From the IMG/VR virus record IMGVR_UViG_3300028638_000009: a stretch of 64,000 nt of DNA. One strand, 5' to 3'. Under the pieces are notes generated by a model, which made no database searches, was not told the origin of the DNA, and saw only the letters and a list, made by a program, of their open reading frames with translations. The first letter of the stretch is position 1, and every line of letters begins with the position of its first letter. This stretch comes from an uncultured virus (IMG/VR IMGVR_UViG_3300028638_000009). Its lineage: Duplodnaviria; Heunggongvirae; Uroviricota; Caudoviricetes. Below, one piece after another: positions 1-9,960 of this stretch. Made by a program: the position numbers and the translations under genes.

Positions 1-2
1 AA

Positions 3-581
3 CGTTCTACTTCTATTTCAGCTGAGTCCACTCCGCACAAACTGGAGTCACTGCCTAATTTAGAGGCCCTTGAAATAGTCAGAAGGAACAACATTCTCCT
101 AAAGAATAAGCGCCACGGAATAGGCACTCCCGTAGCAGTGTTTAATCTTAAAACACTCGGTCCTAAATGTCTGTGCTGGGATGTAGACAAACAGAGATCT
201 AGAACTTCCAGGTGTGACGATTGTTTTGGATCACATATAGAGGGCGGATATTACGCCCCTATTATTGGGTGGGCTAACATGACTCCTGACCACAAACTGA
301 TCCAGCTACCTCAATGGGGAGAGATGGAGCCAAACGAGGCCCGCATATTTTTTAGCAACTACCCCTGTTTAAATCCTAAAGATGTTATATTTAATCCAGA
401 TAAAATGATGTTCTACACGGTGGAGAAAGTAGAAACTTCTGAGCGCAGAGGATTTATGTTACATCAAATTATATCTGCGTCTTGCTTAGACAGGGGCCAT
501 GTGGTATATCTATTATTAGGCAAGTACCCTGAGCTTATTAACGAACTCAGTTCCGCCCGGGACAGTATAAGGAATGCATGA
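3..581 (+). CDS. Putative neck/head-closure protein, 5' truncated
   Basis: Frame open from position 3; CxC...CxxCFG..I.GGY motif; lies upstream of tail completion, sheath and tube genes. Confidence 0.5.
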   Translation, partial: RSTSISAESTPHKLESLPNLEALEIVRRNNILLKNKRHGIGTPVAVFNLKTLGPKCLCWDVDKQRSRTSRCDDCFGSHIEGGYYAPIIGWANMTPDHKLIQLPQWGEMEPNEARIFFSNYPCLNPKDVIFNPDKMMFYTVEKVETSERRGFMLHQIISASCLDRGHVVYLLLGKYPELINELSSARDSIRNA

Positions 582-934
582 TGATTACAAAGTTATCAAG
601 TGATATACAAGCAGCTGCGTTACAGAAGCTGGCTATGATTAGGACTACAGGGCTTAAAGGCTTGGGTGGAAAAAAATCGGTTATGGATAAGCTCAGATTA
701 GTGTCCCACGTATTAAGAGAGCCCGCCCGTCCGGAAGGACTGTCCGAACTTCTATCCCAAATGTTTAGGGATAGCCGTATGACCAGGGTACACAATGCTG
801 GAAATAGGGCTAGAACGAACGGATCTTTGAGAGATATTATACAAGCAAAGAAAGAAGCCCCGGAAATATTTCGCGATCGTGGATTATCCAACTGGAGTCG
901 CTATGCCCGGAGGCACTATGGAGGTTCGCGCTAG
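578..934 (+). CDS. Basic hypothetical protein with N-terminal KLSxDI-x6-KLA motif
   Basis: 118 aa, ATGA overlap with the upstream gene; MITKLSSDIQAAALQKLA. Confidence 0.7.
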   Translation: MMITKLSSDIQAAALQKLAMIRTTGLKGLGGKKSVMDKLRLVSHVLREPARPEGLSELLSQMFRDSRMTRVHNAGNRARTNGSLRDIIQAKKEAPEIFRDRGLSNWSRYARRHYGGSR

Positions 935-1012
935 AACAGACCTACTAAATGGAACCTCAGACCTTGGTTATTATGATGACTGGAGACTACCTTTTTACAC
1001 AGGGAGACAATA

Positions 1013-1504
1013 ATGAATACTATTACTTTACTTAAATTAGCCGAGATGGAAGCTGAAGGCGCTATGATGAAAGAGCTGGCTGGAGAAGCTCAGGATGCTG
1101 GGATTGATCCTATGGCAGTGGACCAGGGCGCGCTAATAGAAGCTCTTCTTTCTCAAGGCGATGAAACCCAGGCCGAAGAGCAGGATGACCTGGCCGCGCT
1201 ATTGGCTGCAGCGGAGCAAGAAGCTGGTGGCGGAGCTGTACCTGGCGCCGAAATGCCAATGGAAGGGGCGGGGGCAGAACAGGGATCCCCGGATATCATG
1301 GCGCTTCTGTCAGCTCTAGGCGCAGAAGGCGGAGATGCCGGTACAGCAGAAGAAATGCCAGAAGAGGCTTTCGCTGGAGAATCTGAAGAAGCTCCTGCTG
1401 AAGATACTGAAGAAGATTTTGAAGAAGATTCTGGCGAAGACGATGTGGAAGAAATAAAAGAAGCTGCTATGCAGAAGGCTGCGGCGTTCCTTCGCGGTAT
1501 GTAA
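1013..1504 (+). CDS. Very acidic low-complexity protein, possible scaffold/internal head protein
   Basis: GGGAG SD; E/D/A-rich; N-terminal LLKLA and C-terminal EIKEAAMQKAA. Confidence 0.6.
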   Translation: MNTITLLKLAEMEAEGAMMKELAGEAQDAGIDPMAVDQGALIEALLSQGDETQAEEQDDLAALLAAAEQEAGGGAVPGAEMPMEGAGAEQGSPDIMALLSALGAEGGDAGTAEEMPEEAFAGESEEAPAEDTEEDFEEDSGEDDVEEIKEAAMQKAAAFLRGM

Positions 1505-1516
1505 CAGGAGGTCGGT

Positions 1517-1810
1517 ATGGACGTAAGAAAGATGCTGATAGAGATAACGGCGGATGCTGTTGTAGTTCATATAAACGATGAGCAAATCGGTATGGTTCAG
1601 CGTCTGGATCTTACAGTAGATGCCGAACCCTCGACCACAGTTACTGCCGTGCTTAAGTATTGGAGGCGCATAGGTGAAAGTGAGCCCGTAAAAGCGGAAG
1701 AGCTTGTGACTGGGTACACTGGAACTTTTGGTGCATACGTAACCCCATTTACTAATAGGCTAGAGCTCGCTGAAGAGCCTATAATATTTGTGACAGAGGA
1801 AGAGCTGTAA
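1517..1810 (+). CDS. Hypothetical protein (virion cluster)
   Basis: AGGAGG SD, 97 aa, operonic spacing. Confidence 0.65.
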   Translation: MDVRKMLIEITADAVVVHINDEQIGMVQRLDLTVDAEPSTTVTAVLKYWRRIGESEPVKAEELVTGYTGTFGAYVTPFTNRLELAEEPIIFVTEEEL

Positions 1811-1816
1811 TCTACC

Positions 1817-2536
1817 ATGATAGACTTAGCTAATCTGGATAAATTCTACTTGGATGACTTTGTAAAGGACTACTTTATAGGGTTCTATCAAGCACTGTTT
1901 TCCCAGAATAATGGCGAGTTTAAATATGATGTAGACAAAGAGCTTACTAGATTGAATATCGCTGATCAGTTCAGCGAAGACAACTTGACACCTGAATTCA
2001 AACCAACTATATATATTCGAAGGCGACCCTTAAGCTTCTTGAATACCTCGATAGACCAATTCGCTGGCGGAAATCTTGTAACTGGATCTAAAACATATAC
2101 TGATTTAATAGGCGGAGCGGTGGAAGTAGTGAGTGTGTCTAGAGAAGGACTGGAAGCCTCCAGACTGGCGGGATTAGTCTTCTTACTTACTAATCAGTTT
2201 AAGACGGAGCTGCGCAAGAACGGAATGTTCGATGTGGCGGTCAAAACAGTAGGTGAGGAAGAGCCTAAAGATGTGAGATCTGGATTTAGGATTGTGGAAG
2301 TTCCTGTGTTGATACAGATACTGTTTCAGTACAGTTGGGCAGTAACCAGTATGAATAGCGTGCCTCTGGGTGAAATAGAAGTGGCTAGGTCAGGAGACGT
2401 GGTTACTGGGGATTCTTTGGTGGGCACCCCGAACACTGGATGCAATAATGAGGCTGGAGTTAGTGTAGATGATGGCAGCGGCGAAGATGGGAAGGTCAAA
2501 ATATGCATCCCTATGACTTCTGCCAGTCCTAAATGA
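1817..2536 (+). CDS. Putative tail completion/terminator protein
   Basis: Directly upstream of the sheath gene; size and KPTIYIRR strand pattern fit tail terminator proteins. Confidence 0.5.
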   Translation: MIDLANLDKFYLDDFVKDYFIGFYQALFSQNNGEFKYDVDKELTRLNIADQFSEDNLTPEFKPTIYIRRRPLSFLNTSIDQFAGGNLVTGSKTYTDLIGGAVEVVSVSREGLEASRLAGLVFLLTNQFKTELRKNGMFDVAVKTVGEEEPKDVRSGFRIVEVPVLIQILFQYSWAVTSMNSVPLGEIEVARSGDVVTGDSLVGTPNTGCNNEAGVSVDDGSGEDGKVKICIPMTSASPK

Positions 2537-2557
2537 TCTTAAAATAGGAGATAAAAA

Positions 2558-5209
2558 ATGGCTTTAAGTACTTACTTTAAACCGGATGTTGAAGTTTTAC
2601 AGAAATTTCAAAATTTGAATCCGCTGATTAACACCGCTACCTTGCAGAGTGTTATCATAGGGCCGTCTTATAAGAAAATAAAAGACTTCAATGATGCGCT
2701 GTCTACAGGAGTTAGACTGGGCAGTTATGCCAAAACAGAAGTCACCCTGGATCTTCCTGCTCTTCCGAGCGGATCCGTAGTTCTTGAAGATACCCTTAAT
2801 GTCACCATTAAGAATTATGCCGGAGAGCATAAGATCAAAAAGTCTGTGTTCAAACTGCAGAGTAATGCTGGTGCACTATCAGTTTCTGGCGCAGTAAGAA
2901 TCGTAGATTACAACATGAATTACATCCTGTCTAACGTGTCAGCCAGCACAGCTCCTGGGGATAACGACGGAGATTACGTACATGTACTCTACGGAGCTGC
3001 CGCAGGATACTACGAGATTCAAAGCGTAGAAGATCAGAATACTCTTATTGTTGACGATCCTGATGGCGTTCTTGCGAGTGTAGGCTCAGCTTCTGGGTTA
3101 GAGTATACCGTAGCCAGCTTCGGATGGTCAAAGGTAGACGATGCTATTATGCTCAGCCCCCGACTATCAGATAATGGAATCGTGTATCTATCCGGCGTTG
3201 CTCGCAGAACTGATTACACTGATAAAGTAGTAATCGCCAGCAGCGTAGATGAGATGGAAGAAATATTCGGGGCTGGAGAAGTAACTCTGGAGAATCCTCT
3301 GGCCTACGGCATGAGCAAAGCTCTTCCTTCACTTGGTGCTAACGAAGTTATTCTTGGCATCATGGTAGAAGATGATACACCTCTGTCCTACCAAAAAGCC
3401 TTTGAAATGCTGGAGACCGAAGAAGTATACTGCATGGTTCCGCTGACTACTAATCCTATTGTTCATCAGATTCTTAAAGAACATGTAGTCACCATGAGCG
3501 ATGTTACTCAGAAGCGCGAAAGAATCGGTCTGTTTAATACTGCTCGTCAGACCCGCGTCACTAAATCTGGATACCTGGGTAGACAGAATAAGCTCACTGG
3601 CGTGTGGGATATGGCAGATGGAAACATCGCCCCCTCCGGAACTGAATTAAGCGTAATAAGCCTGTTCAACCATGAAACACTTCTCTCTGACGGCAGCGGC
3701 GTAGCTCAGGAAGAGCTGATAGGCTCTGGATACGACCGCCTGGTTGTATATTACAGACCGAAAGTGGACTTCTCCTTTTCATATTCAGTGCTCAGTAATC
3801 CCGGGGTTGACATCGCAGTTCCTCTGTCGCAGTTTACCTCTGACGGTGTGTGCACTATCAAGCTCGTCGGAGACTCCTTCGAAGGCGTTAAATTTACATC
3901 TACTGCGTCACACGCAGAAAATTGTGAAGTGTACTACGCGCAATCAAGCAACCTCCCGGCCGGAGCAGAACTGTTCTATCCATATCTGGTAAACGGTGCA
4001 GTACAGGCAGACAATCCGTTTATAGTTCCTACTGCAGGGCACTTCGCTATGCAGCTCCGCGTATACGACAAAACTAATCCTACTGCAGATCCAATGTCAG
4101 GAGTACTCCCTGGTGGAATGACTATCCGGGCTTTCTACGGCAATGGCTCTTCCAGAGATATAACTACCGCTGGAACTCACATATTTAGTCAGCAGATCGT
4201 AAGGCTATATACATTCAATTCAGCGGCGGTCAGCAACGCGGACGACTATCTGATTGAAGCTATGGTACTTGTTAACGCCGGAACATACGCTATCAACAGA
4301 TTCGTAGACGAAGAAGCTACCTTCCTCAGTGACGGTGTAGTTGACGGCCAGGATGAGCTTGTGCTTATCGACAAGTCTGTCATAGACTACGGCACTGTAA
4401 GCGGCTACAAAGAATCCAAGTATCTAGTCAAGACTGTAGTCTCTGAAACAGAACTTATTATCAATAAGATCTGGAATGACGAGCTGGAAGATTTCGAACT
4501 CGGTCAGTTCGACGCTATCGTGGACGATAACTTCTATCGCGTCCAGACCCCGGTCATAACTAATAAATACGTAATGGCCAGATGGTACAGAGACATCAGC
4601 AAGAGCTTTGCTGAACGCAGAATGACTCATATCTTCGCTCCTGCCGTGGGCGTATCCAATGATGGAGTGAATGTAACTCCGGTCCCAGGATACTACTTCG
4701 CATGCGCGTATGCAGGTGCCACTCAGAGTGATGCTCCTCAGAAGGGTTTTACTAACAGATCATTTGCTGGATTCATCAAGGTGTTCTTCACCAATGACTA
4801 CTTTACCGAAGCTCAGATGGACATCATCGCTGAAGGTGGTACTACTATAGTGGTACAGCCGGGTCAGCGCTCTGCTCTGACTGTAAGACACCAGCTCACC
4901 ACTGATATGACTACTGTAGAAACCAGAGAATACTCTGTAACTAAAAACGTGGACCACATGGCCAAAACTGCCAGAGCTACTTTCAGACCTTATATCGGTA
5001 GATATCTCATTAACGATGAAACTTTGAATCTGCTGTATAAAGCTGGGGCAGCCCTAGTAGAAAGATGGCTGAAGCTGGGCCAGGTACTTCCGGGAAGTGC
5101 TGTGGATAGATTCCAGGTCGATCCTGCTCAGATTGATCGGGTATTCGCGTGCTTTAAACTGAAAGTCCCGATTCCTCTTAACTATATCAGACTGATATTC
5201 ATCATCTGA
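2558..5209 (+). CDS. Contractile tail sheath protein with large central insertion
   Basis: 883 aa; N-terminal YFKPDVEV; LKEHVVTMS..KRERIG; C-terminal VRHQLTTD..ETREYSV..VD and VPIPLNYI sheath motifs. Confidence 0.9.
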   Translation: MALSTYFKPDVEVLQKFQNLNPLINTATLQSVIIGPSYKKIKDFNDALSTGVRLGSYAKTEVTLDLPALPSGSVVLEDTLNVTIKNYAGEHKIKKSVFKLQSNAGALSVSGAVRIVDYNMNYILSNVSASTAPGDNDGDYVHVLYGAAAGYYEIQSVEDQNTLIVDDPDGVLASVGSASGLEYTVASFGWSKVDDAIMLSPRLSDNGIVYLSGVARRTDYTDKVVIASSVDEMEEIFGAGEVTLENPLAYGMSKALPSLGANEVILGIMVEDDTPLSYQKAFEMLETEEVYCMVPLTTNPIVHQILKEHVVTMSDVTQKRERIGLFNTARQTRVTKSGYLGRQNKLTGVWDMADGNIAPSGTELSVISLFNHETLLSDGSGVAQEELIGSGYDRLVVYYRPKVDFSFSYSVLSNPGVDIAVPLSQFTSDGVCTIKLVGDSFEGVKFTSTASHAENCEVYYAQSSNLPAGAELFYPYLVNGAVQADNPFIVPTAGHFAMQLRVYDKTNPTADPMSGVLPGGMTIRAFYGNGSSRDITTAGTHIFSQQIVRLYTFNSAAVSNADDYLIEAMVLVNAGTYAINRFVDEEATFLSDGVVDGQDELVLIDKSVIDYGTVSGYKESKYLVKTVVSETELIINKIWNDELEDFELGQFDAIVDDNFYRVQTPVITNKYVMARWYRDISKSFAERRMTHIFAPAVGVSNDGVNVTPVPGYYFACAYAGATQSDAPQKGFTNRSFAGFIKVFFTNDYFTEAQMDIIAEGGTTIVVQPGQRSALTVRHQLTTDMTTVETREYSVTKNVDHMAKTARATFRPYIGRYLINDETLNLLYKAGAALVERWLKLGQVLPGSAVDRFQVDPAQIDRVFACFKLKVPIPLNYIRLIFII

Positions 5210-5218
5210 CGACCCTGG

Positions 5219-5248
5219 GATGGGGGATCAATAAATTGGTCCCCCATC
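5219..5248 (+). other. Stem-loop between sheath and tube genes (no U tract)
   Basis: gatgggggatcaat / attggtcccccatc inverted repeat with one G-U pair. Confidence 0.5.
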
Positions 5249-5272
5249 TACTAATAAGTAAGGAGACTTAAA

Positions 5273-6142
5273 ATGGCCGCAACTTCAAGAACCCCAACTA
5301 CTTCACTGCAGAATTGGGACTTTAATACTCAACACGTCCAACAGAATCTCGTCGGTGGTGACTTTGTAGGCTCTCACAGCACTATTATATGTGCCACTGC
5401 TCCTCGTTTGTCAGACTTGGCGTCAGATGCTCTGGAGAATGTAATTACTGACTCTAGTGCCGTTCACGATCTGGATCAGACTATTGCTATACCTATAGGT
5501 GTTATAGATAGCTCAGCTATACAGCAAGACAGACAGCTGGCACAGATCTTTGAAATAGGTTCTAAGAGATCCTATATCATGTCGGCCAGAACTGCTACGC
5601 AGATGAGTATTAACCGCGTTATCTACAAAGGTGCCAACCTTCTGCGCATGTTCTATTCTTACTATCCTGGAAAAGCAGCCGCCTCTGTAATAAATGAGCA
5701 AATGGGAAACGTCCTGCGGGATAACCAGAAGAATGGAAATACTTCAATGGGAGAGCAGCCGATAGGTCTGCATGCAGATCTTCTACGCACTCTGCCCAAG
5801 GATATCAAGGATACCCCAGGTTACAACAACTTCTGGCTAAATCTTAACTCTGATATCTTCAGTCAGCCTTACGGTCTGATCCTGTTCATGAAGGATAACA
5901 ATCAGAGTGACGTGGCCGCCATATTCCTGGAAGAATGCTACATCCAGAACCATGGCTTCCAGGTCAGCGCAAACAGCGTAGTCATGGCAGAAACTACCTC
6001 TATCAGATGCGAACGCATTGTTCCTATCAAGGTACGCGTAGAATCTTACAATGACATGAGTGCTGGAAGCGCAAATAACACTGGACTTAATGTAATGGCT
6101 GGACTTAGCGGAATCCCAGGAGTTGGAATTCCAGGATTCTAA
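5273..6142 (+). CDS. Tail tube protein
   Basis: Follows sheath; AAGGAG SD; QIFEIGSKRSY and IFLEECYIQNH motifs typical of large-myovirus tube proteins. Confidence 0.8.
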   Translation: MAATSRTPTTSLQNWDFNTQHVQQNLVGGDFVGSHSTIICATAPRLSDLASDALENVITDSSAVHDLDQTIAIPIGVIDSSAIQQDRQLAQIFEIGSKRSYIMSARTATQMSINRVIYKGANLLRMFYSYYPGKAAASVINEQMGNVLRDNQKNGNTSMGEQPIGLHADLLRTLPKDIKDTPGYNNFWLNLNSDIFSQPYGLILFMKDNNQSDVAAIFLEECYIQNHGFQVSANSVVMAETTSIRCERIVPIKVRVESYNDMSAGSANNTGLNVMAGLSGIPGVGIPGF

Positions 6143-6159
6143 TAACTAAATTTATAGTT

Positions 6160-6194
6160 AAAAAATAAGGGGTGATTTCTCACCCCTTATTTTT
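6160..6194. terminator. Bidirectional intrinsic terminator
   Basis: aaaaataaggggtga-tttc-tcaccccttattttt between convergent genes. Confidence 0.85.
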
Positions 6195-6792
6195 ATTCCC
6201 CCGGGATCTGCACCAATGGTACCTTCTTCTGTTCGAAGTAAGGTAGGGGATCTCCATCTACCTGGAAGTATCCCCACACGGTTCGGCCGTTTCTTTCTAC
6301 GAACCCGTCGTAGATTACATGGTCATTACCGAGGCCATTTTCCTGAAACACTCGACCGGGCTTGAGGGGTAGTCTGACACCTATGATCCGGCGTCTTGCA
6401 ACTCCGGTTCTGACTATCAGATTGTATCCACGAAGATTGGCCCATCCAATGTCTTCATTCCATGCTAACTCCAGCGTACGAAGTAGCATGTCGACGTACA
6501 CAGAGGCGAGCAGTGGATGGCTACCGACTATTTCTTTAGCTGTTTTTTCTATTGCTACAGAGTAGTTAGTTTTATCCAGCTTTCTCATCGCCGGATGACC
6601 ACCGTATCCCCGCCCCATATTGACAATTCCCCGGCTCATTTTATGATATAGCCGGGTCTGCCTTCCATTGAAAATTAGCCCTAACAACAACAGTACTTGT
6701 GGTACCGACGAGGACTGTGCTAGGGCGTCACGAAACTTTCGCTCACCGTACAGTGTTACTGCCATGAGCTCTGCATGTAGGACGTCCCACAT
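6193..6792 (-). CDS. Hypothetical protein
   Basis: Start moved to MWDVLH (AAGGAG SD); GGTATAAG motif upstream. Confidence 0.65.
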   Translation of the reverse strand: MWDVLHAELMAVTLYGERKFRDALAQSSSVPQVLLLLGLIFNGRQTRLYHKMSRGIVNMGRGYGGHPAMRKLDKTNYSVAIEKTAKEIVGSHPLLASVYVDMLLRTLELAWNEDIGWANLRGYNLIVRTGVARRRIIGVRLPLKPGRVFQENGLGNDHVIYDGFVERNGRTVWGYFQVDGDPLPYFEQKKVPLVQIPGE

Positions 6793-6834
6793 AGCCTTTC
6801 TCCTTTTATGTAAGTATATATAGAAAACAATGGA

Positions 6835-6864
6835 TTGACGGCGTATCCATTGTGATGTTAACAT
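6835..6864 (+). promoter_or_regulatory. Sigma70-like promoter
   Basis: TTGACG-N18-TAACAT with TG extension, upstream of ATG 6894. Confidence 0.45.
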
Positions 6865-6868
6865 CTTA

Positions 6869-6876
6869 CTTATACC
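6869..6876 (-). promoter_or_regulatory. GGTATAAG promoter-like motif
   Basis: cttatacc on +; recurs upstream of many - strand units. Confidence 0.6.
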
Positions 6877-6893
6877 TAAAAAGGAGCTTAAAA

Positions 6894-7298
6894 ATGGATA
6901 AATTCTATTTTGACCCCCTGACTAATTCCAGATTCGATACTATGGAAGCGCTAGAAAAGAACATGTCTAAATCTAAAATACGGGGATATCCAGTATATAG
7001 GATACAATCTGAAGATTGTACGCTAGACTGCATCGCAGACCAGGACATCTATTCCATCTATATAAATTCCCTTATTAATTCGCATATAGACGGGGAGCTA
7101 CTTACTTCGATGATCGATGCTTCTATGCCCAATAATCTGGATGGCTCCCTGGAAATAACTTTTATGGACGATGGCACCACTGACGTACATCTTAATATCC
7201 CTGATTATTCCCATCTTAAAATGTTGGATACGGATATGCTGGCCGATAAAATATATGCTATATTGACGGGATTAATAGATAAAAAAAGAGAGGGGTAA
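6894..7298 (+). CDS. Hypothetical protein
   Basis: AAGGAG SD before MDKFYF; convergent terminator follows. Confidence 0.65.
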   Translation: MDKFYFDPLTNSRFDTMEALEKNMSKSKIRGYPVYRIQSEDCTLDCIADQDIYSIYINSLINSHIDGELLTSMIDASMPNNLDGSLEITFMDDGTTDVHLNIPDYSHLKMLDTDMLADKIYAILTGLIDKKREG

Positions 7299-7310
7299 AC
7301 TCCCCTCTCT
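7281..7310 (-). terminator. Intrinsic terminator
   Basis: agagagggg-taaact-cccctctct stem with A7 (U tract on - strand). Confidence 0.7.
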
Positions 7311-7317
7311 CCTTATG

Positions 7318-8019
7318 TCAATAGTGACGTCCTTGATATATATCAGACTTTATTGCTTTGATGTGTTTTAACACCTTGGCCAGCCTGGTTTCTACCGATC
7401 CGGATAATACCACTACCTTTTCGCAGATGTCTTTAAGATTGTTTATTTTGGTCCGACCCAGCCGTCCCTGAATAAATAGTCCCTGCATAAGATCATCGAT
7501 CTTCTCCTGAAACTCAATGTCTCCTGGACGGAAGTCTGTGGTCTGAAGTGGGAATTCTATTGGCAGATAGAATACTATGTCATATGGGTGTGATACAGAT
7601 TTGCACACCCAATTGTACAGATGGTCTGGCAAATCAGTAGCCCATGGGTATGGTTTCGGTTCGCTGAACACTCTGCTGTAGGTATACACCACTGCATCCA
7701 GTACTGTTCTGTCGCATACCATCAAGCTGGTTGCCCCACATTCCTTGGATATCAATGGAATTCCGCGCATCTGCGCTCGCTCATCCTGGAGTTGCATCCC
7801 CATAATATGTAGCTGAGCCTCTAGCGTAGCCCCCTGGTTTATTACCAACGCAGGATTCGTCTTTCCCAGCTCAAATACTTTTACAGCTGTTTCTTCCACG
7901 AAATGGATTGAGGCTAGCCCCATATTTTTGATTTCTTCGCTATCTTTAATCGCTTCTAGAAGAGTTGTCTTACCAACCCCGTGAGTTCCGACAAAAGCGA
8001 TCTTAATTAGCGTTGTCAT
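7318..8019 (-). CDS. P-loop nucleotide kinase-like protein (AAA_28/NadR type)
   Basis: Walker A GTHGVGKTT; CDRTVLDAVVY; YDIVFYLP; final VVLSGSVETR. Confidence 0.8.
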   Translation of the reverse strand: MTTLIKIAFVGTHGVGKTTLLEAIKDSEEIKNMGLASIHFVEETAVKVFELGKTNPALVINQGATLEAQLHIMGMQLQDERAQMRGIPLISKECGATSLMVCDRTVLDAVVYTYSRVFSEPKPYPWATDLPDHLYNWVCKSVSHPYDIVFYLPIEFPLQTTDFRPGDIEFQEKIDDLMQGLFIQGRLGRTKINNLKDICEKVVVLSGSVETRLAKVLKHIKAIKSDIYQGRHY

Positions 8020-8477
8020 TTGAATGCCTCGACCACCAGTCTAACAAGTCCAATACCGGACAGGACTCCACTTCCGAAGATTCTTTTCCGGCGCCGTTTT
8101 TCTCTTCCAAGTTCGGCTTGGACTTTGATAACTTCTTCGGCGAGCGCGTTCTCACGTTGTCTAGATTTATCATACGCTGCTTGCATGACATCTCTTAATT
8201 CTTCCCTTCCCTGAACTTTAAGCTCCATGAGTCTGACCGACTCGTTGAGGTTGTCGATCTGCTGCTCTTTGAGTGCTATCATGGTCTTCAATGCGTCCAC
8301 CATAGCAAGTCGATTCAGTATTTCGACATTTTCCTGTTCGTTTAAGCAATAGAAGGTCTCTGTTGCAACTTTTCCCTTTACGACATCCCCTGGCCTCAAA
8401 ATCTTAATAGCGAACGCAGGGCGGGCCATTAAAATGCAAAGGATGACTACTTTAAAAATCTTCCACTTTGAATCCAT
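8016..8477 (-). CDS. Exported coiled-coil protein, possibly spanin-like
   Basis: Signal peptide ending AFA, long coiled coil, basic run then hydrophobic C-terminus. Confidence 0.5.
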   Translation of the reverse strand: MDSKWKIFKVVILCILMARPAFAIKILRPGDVVKGKVATETFYCLNEQENVEILNRLAMVDALKTMIALKEQQIDNLNESVRLMELKVQGREELRDVMQAAYDKSRQRENALAEEVIKVQAELGREKRRRKRIFGSGVLSGIGLVRLVVEAFK

Positions 8478-8808
8478 GTTTCTCATACTCCGATTTTACT
8501 TCGTTTTCTGGGATACTCTTACGAGCTTCTACCTTCTTTAGGGTTTCGGCTATCTTTTGCAGGGTCACGTCTTTAGCGTTGTTGTCTCTGGAAAGCTCCT
8601 TCAATTTAATATTGAGGTCTTCGTCCATAGCCACAACCTTGGCGACGCCAGCTTCAACCTTTTCTGAGTCAGCCTTTCTTTCTTTTTCCGCCTTGGTAAC
8701 GGTCTCGTTATTCAGGGTTGTCTTAGGGAAGAAAAATTTATACAGGAATACAAATAGTCCACCGCCGAACAGCGCGATGAGAATGGTAATTATGGCGTTG
8801 TTATCCAT
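8452..8808 (-). CDS. Membrane-anchored coiled-coil protein, possibly i-spanin-like
   Basis: N-terminal TM (IITILIALFGGGLFVFLY), then charged helix; overlaps next gene. Confidence 0.5.
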   Translation of the reverse strand: MDNNAIITILIALFGGGLFVFLYKFFFPKTTLNNETVTKAEKERKADSEKVEAGVAKVVAMDEDLNIKLKELSRDNNAKDVTLQKIAETLKKVEARKSIPENEVKSEYEKHGFKVEDF

Positions 8809-9413
8809 TAGTTAGCTACCTTAACATCGAATATATTTACGTCTTCAAGATCGCCGTCCATGTTCAGGAATGGCTTGAATCCAAGACTATTAGCGTCGAA
8901 TTCGGTTATATCCGGATTGGCGTCGAAGTTTGCTTTGGCCATATTTATCATGCGTACAACATTTGCACCGGCCAGCAGCGCTGAATTTTTCTGATTTGCA
9001 TACATAGTAAGAACCTCAGAATTTCTAGCTTTTTCCGCGTCAGCTAAGCAGCACTTTTTGTACTTCTTGCCAGACCCGCAGGAGCATGTTTCGTTTCTTC
9101 CTGGTGCGTCTTTTAACGCGAAACTGTCTGGACTTTGGTAGGATACAGCGTATCTGCTGCCTTCTGGAACAGCGTCAAAGTCCTCAAGAGTCTTGTCTGA
9201 CATGTAATCTCTTGGTTGCAGGGACGAAGGATCAACTACTTTGATGTTGTTACACTTCATGCACACAACCTTATTGTGCGTGGGTATGAAGTAGGCATCC
9301 CCTGAGCACTTCTTGCAGGTGAGCTTTTTAAACATCTTGATCAGCTTCATCTTTTCCGCGACGGACTCTTTCTTTACTTCTTCCCCACCCTTTTCATTTT
9401 CCAATGGTACCAT
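8808..9413 (-). CDS. SEC-C motif and zinc-ribbon protein
   Basis: GRNETCSCGSGKKYKKCC; CKKC...CMKC. Confidence 0.85.
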   Translation of the reverse strand: MVPLENEKGGEEVKKESVAEKMKLIKMFKKLTCKKCSGDAYFIPTHNKVVCMKCNNIKVVDPSSLQPRDYMSDKTLEDFDAVPEGSRYAVSYQSPDSFALKDAPGRNETCSCGSGKKYKKCCLADAEKARNSEVLTMYANQKNSALLAGANVVRMINMAKANFDANPDITEFDANSLGFKPFLNMDGDLEDVNIFDVKVAN

Positions 9414-9630
9414 GTTCTTTACTCCTTTTTATTTCTTCTAACTCCGCTGTAGAGTGTTCTGTACACGCTTTAAAAGCGGACACAAACCCTGCTACAGTGT
9501 ACTCACACAGTTTCTTTGTAACGGGAATCTTGGTTATAGATTCGTAGCCTTCAAAATGTCTGTCCCTGAAATCGAGCAGATAATAGTAATATGACGCAGG
9601 AACTAGTGTCCCGTCTATAAGTACTTTCAT
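9394..9630 (-). CDS. Hypothetical protein
   Basis: AGGAGG SD, 78 aa. Confidence 0.6.
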   Translation of the reverse strand: MKVLIDGTLVPASYYYYLLDFRDRHFEGYESITKIPVTKKLCEYTVAGFVSAFKACTEHSTAELEEIKRSKEHGTIGK

Positions 9631-9639
9631 AGTACCTCC

Positions 9640-9960
9640 TTAGATATGCTTATCTATCTTGTCTTTGAGTTGTCCTGACTTGAACGACTCAATGATCTCT
9701 TTTCCGCTCTGGTCAATAAGGTCGTTTATAACCCTACCTATTTCGGATTTTATCCCTACGTGCAAAGCCACCAGCGCTGCGGTGGTTTGAGCATTTATTA
9801 AATTGGCTAAAGATTCAGCGGTGGATTCACACAGCTCATTTATCCTTATCAGATCTCCGTTTGCGCTTTGAACCTGCTTCCCGAACTGGTTTAGCAACTG
9901 GCTCAGCGCTTTTCTTTGGCGCTCTTTTCCCTCGTTTTTTTGTGCCATTAAGATATTCAT
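9640..9960 (-). CDS. Hypothetical helical protein
   Basis: 106 aa, overlaps the tail of the RuvC-like gene; start uncertain. Confidence 0.5.
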   Translation of the reverse strand: MNILMAQKNEGKERQRKALSQLLNQFGKQVQSANGDLIRINELCESTAESLANLINAQTTAALVALHVGIKSEIGRVINDLIDQSGKEIIESFKSGQLKDKIDKHI

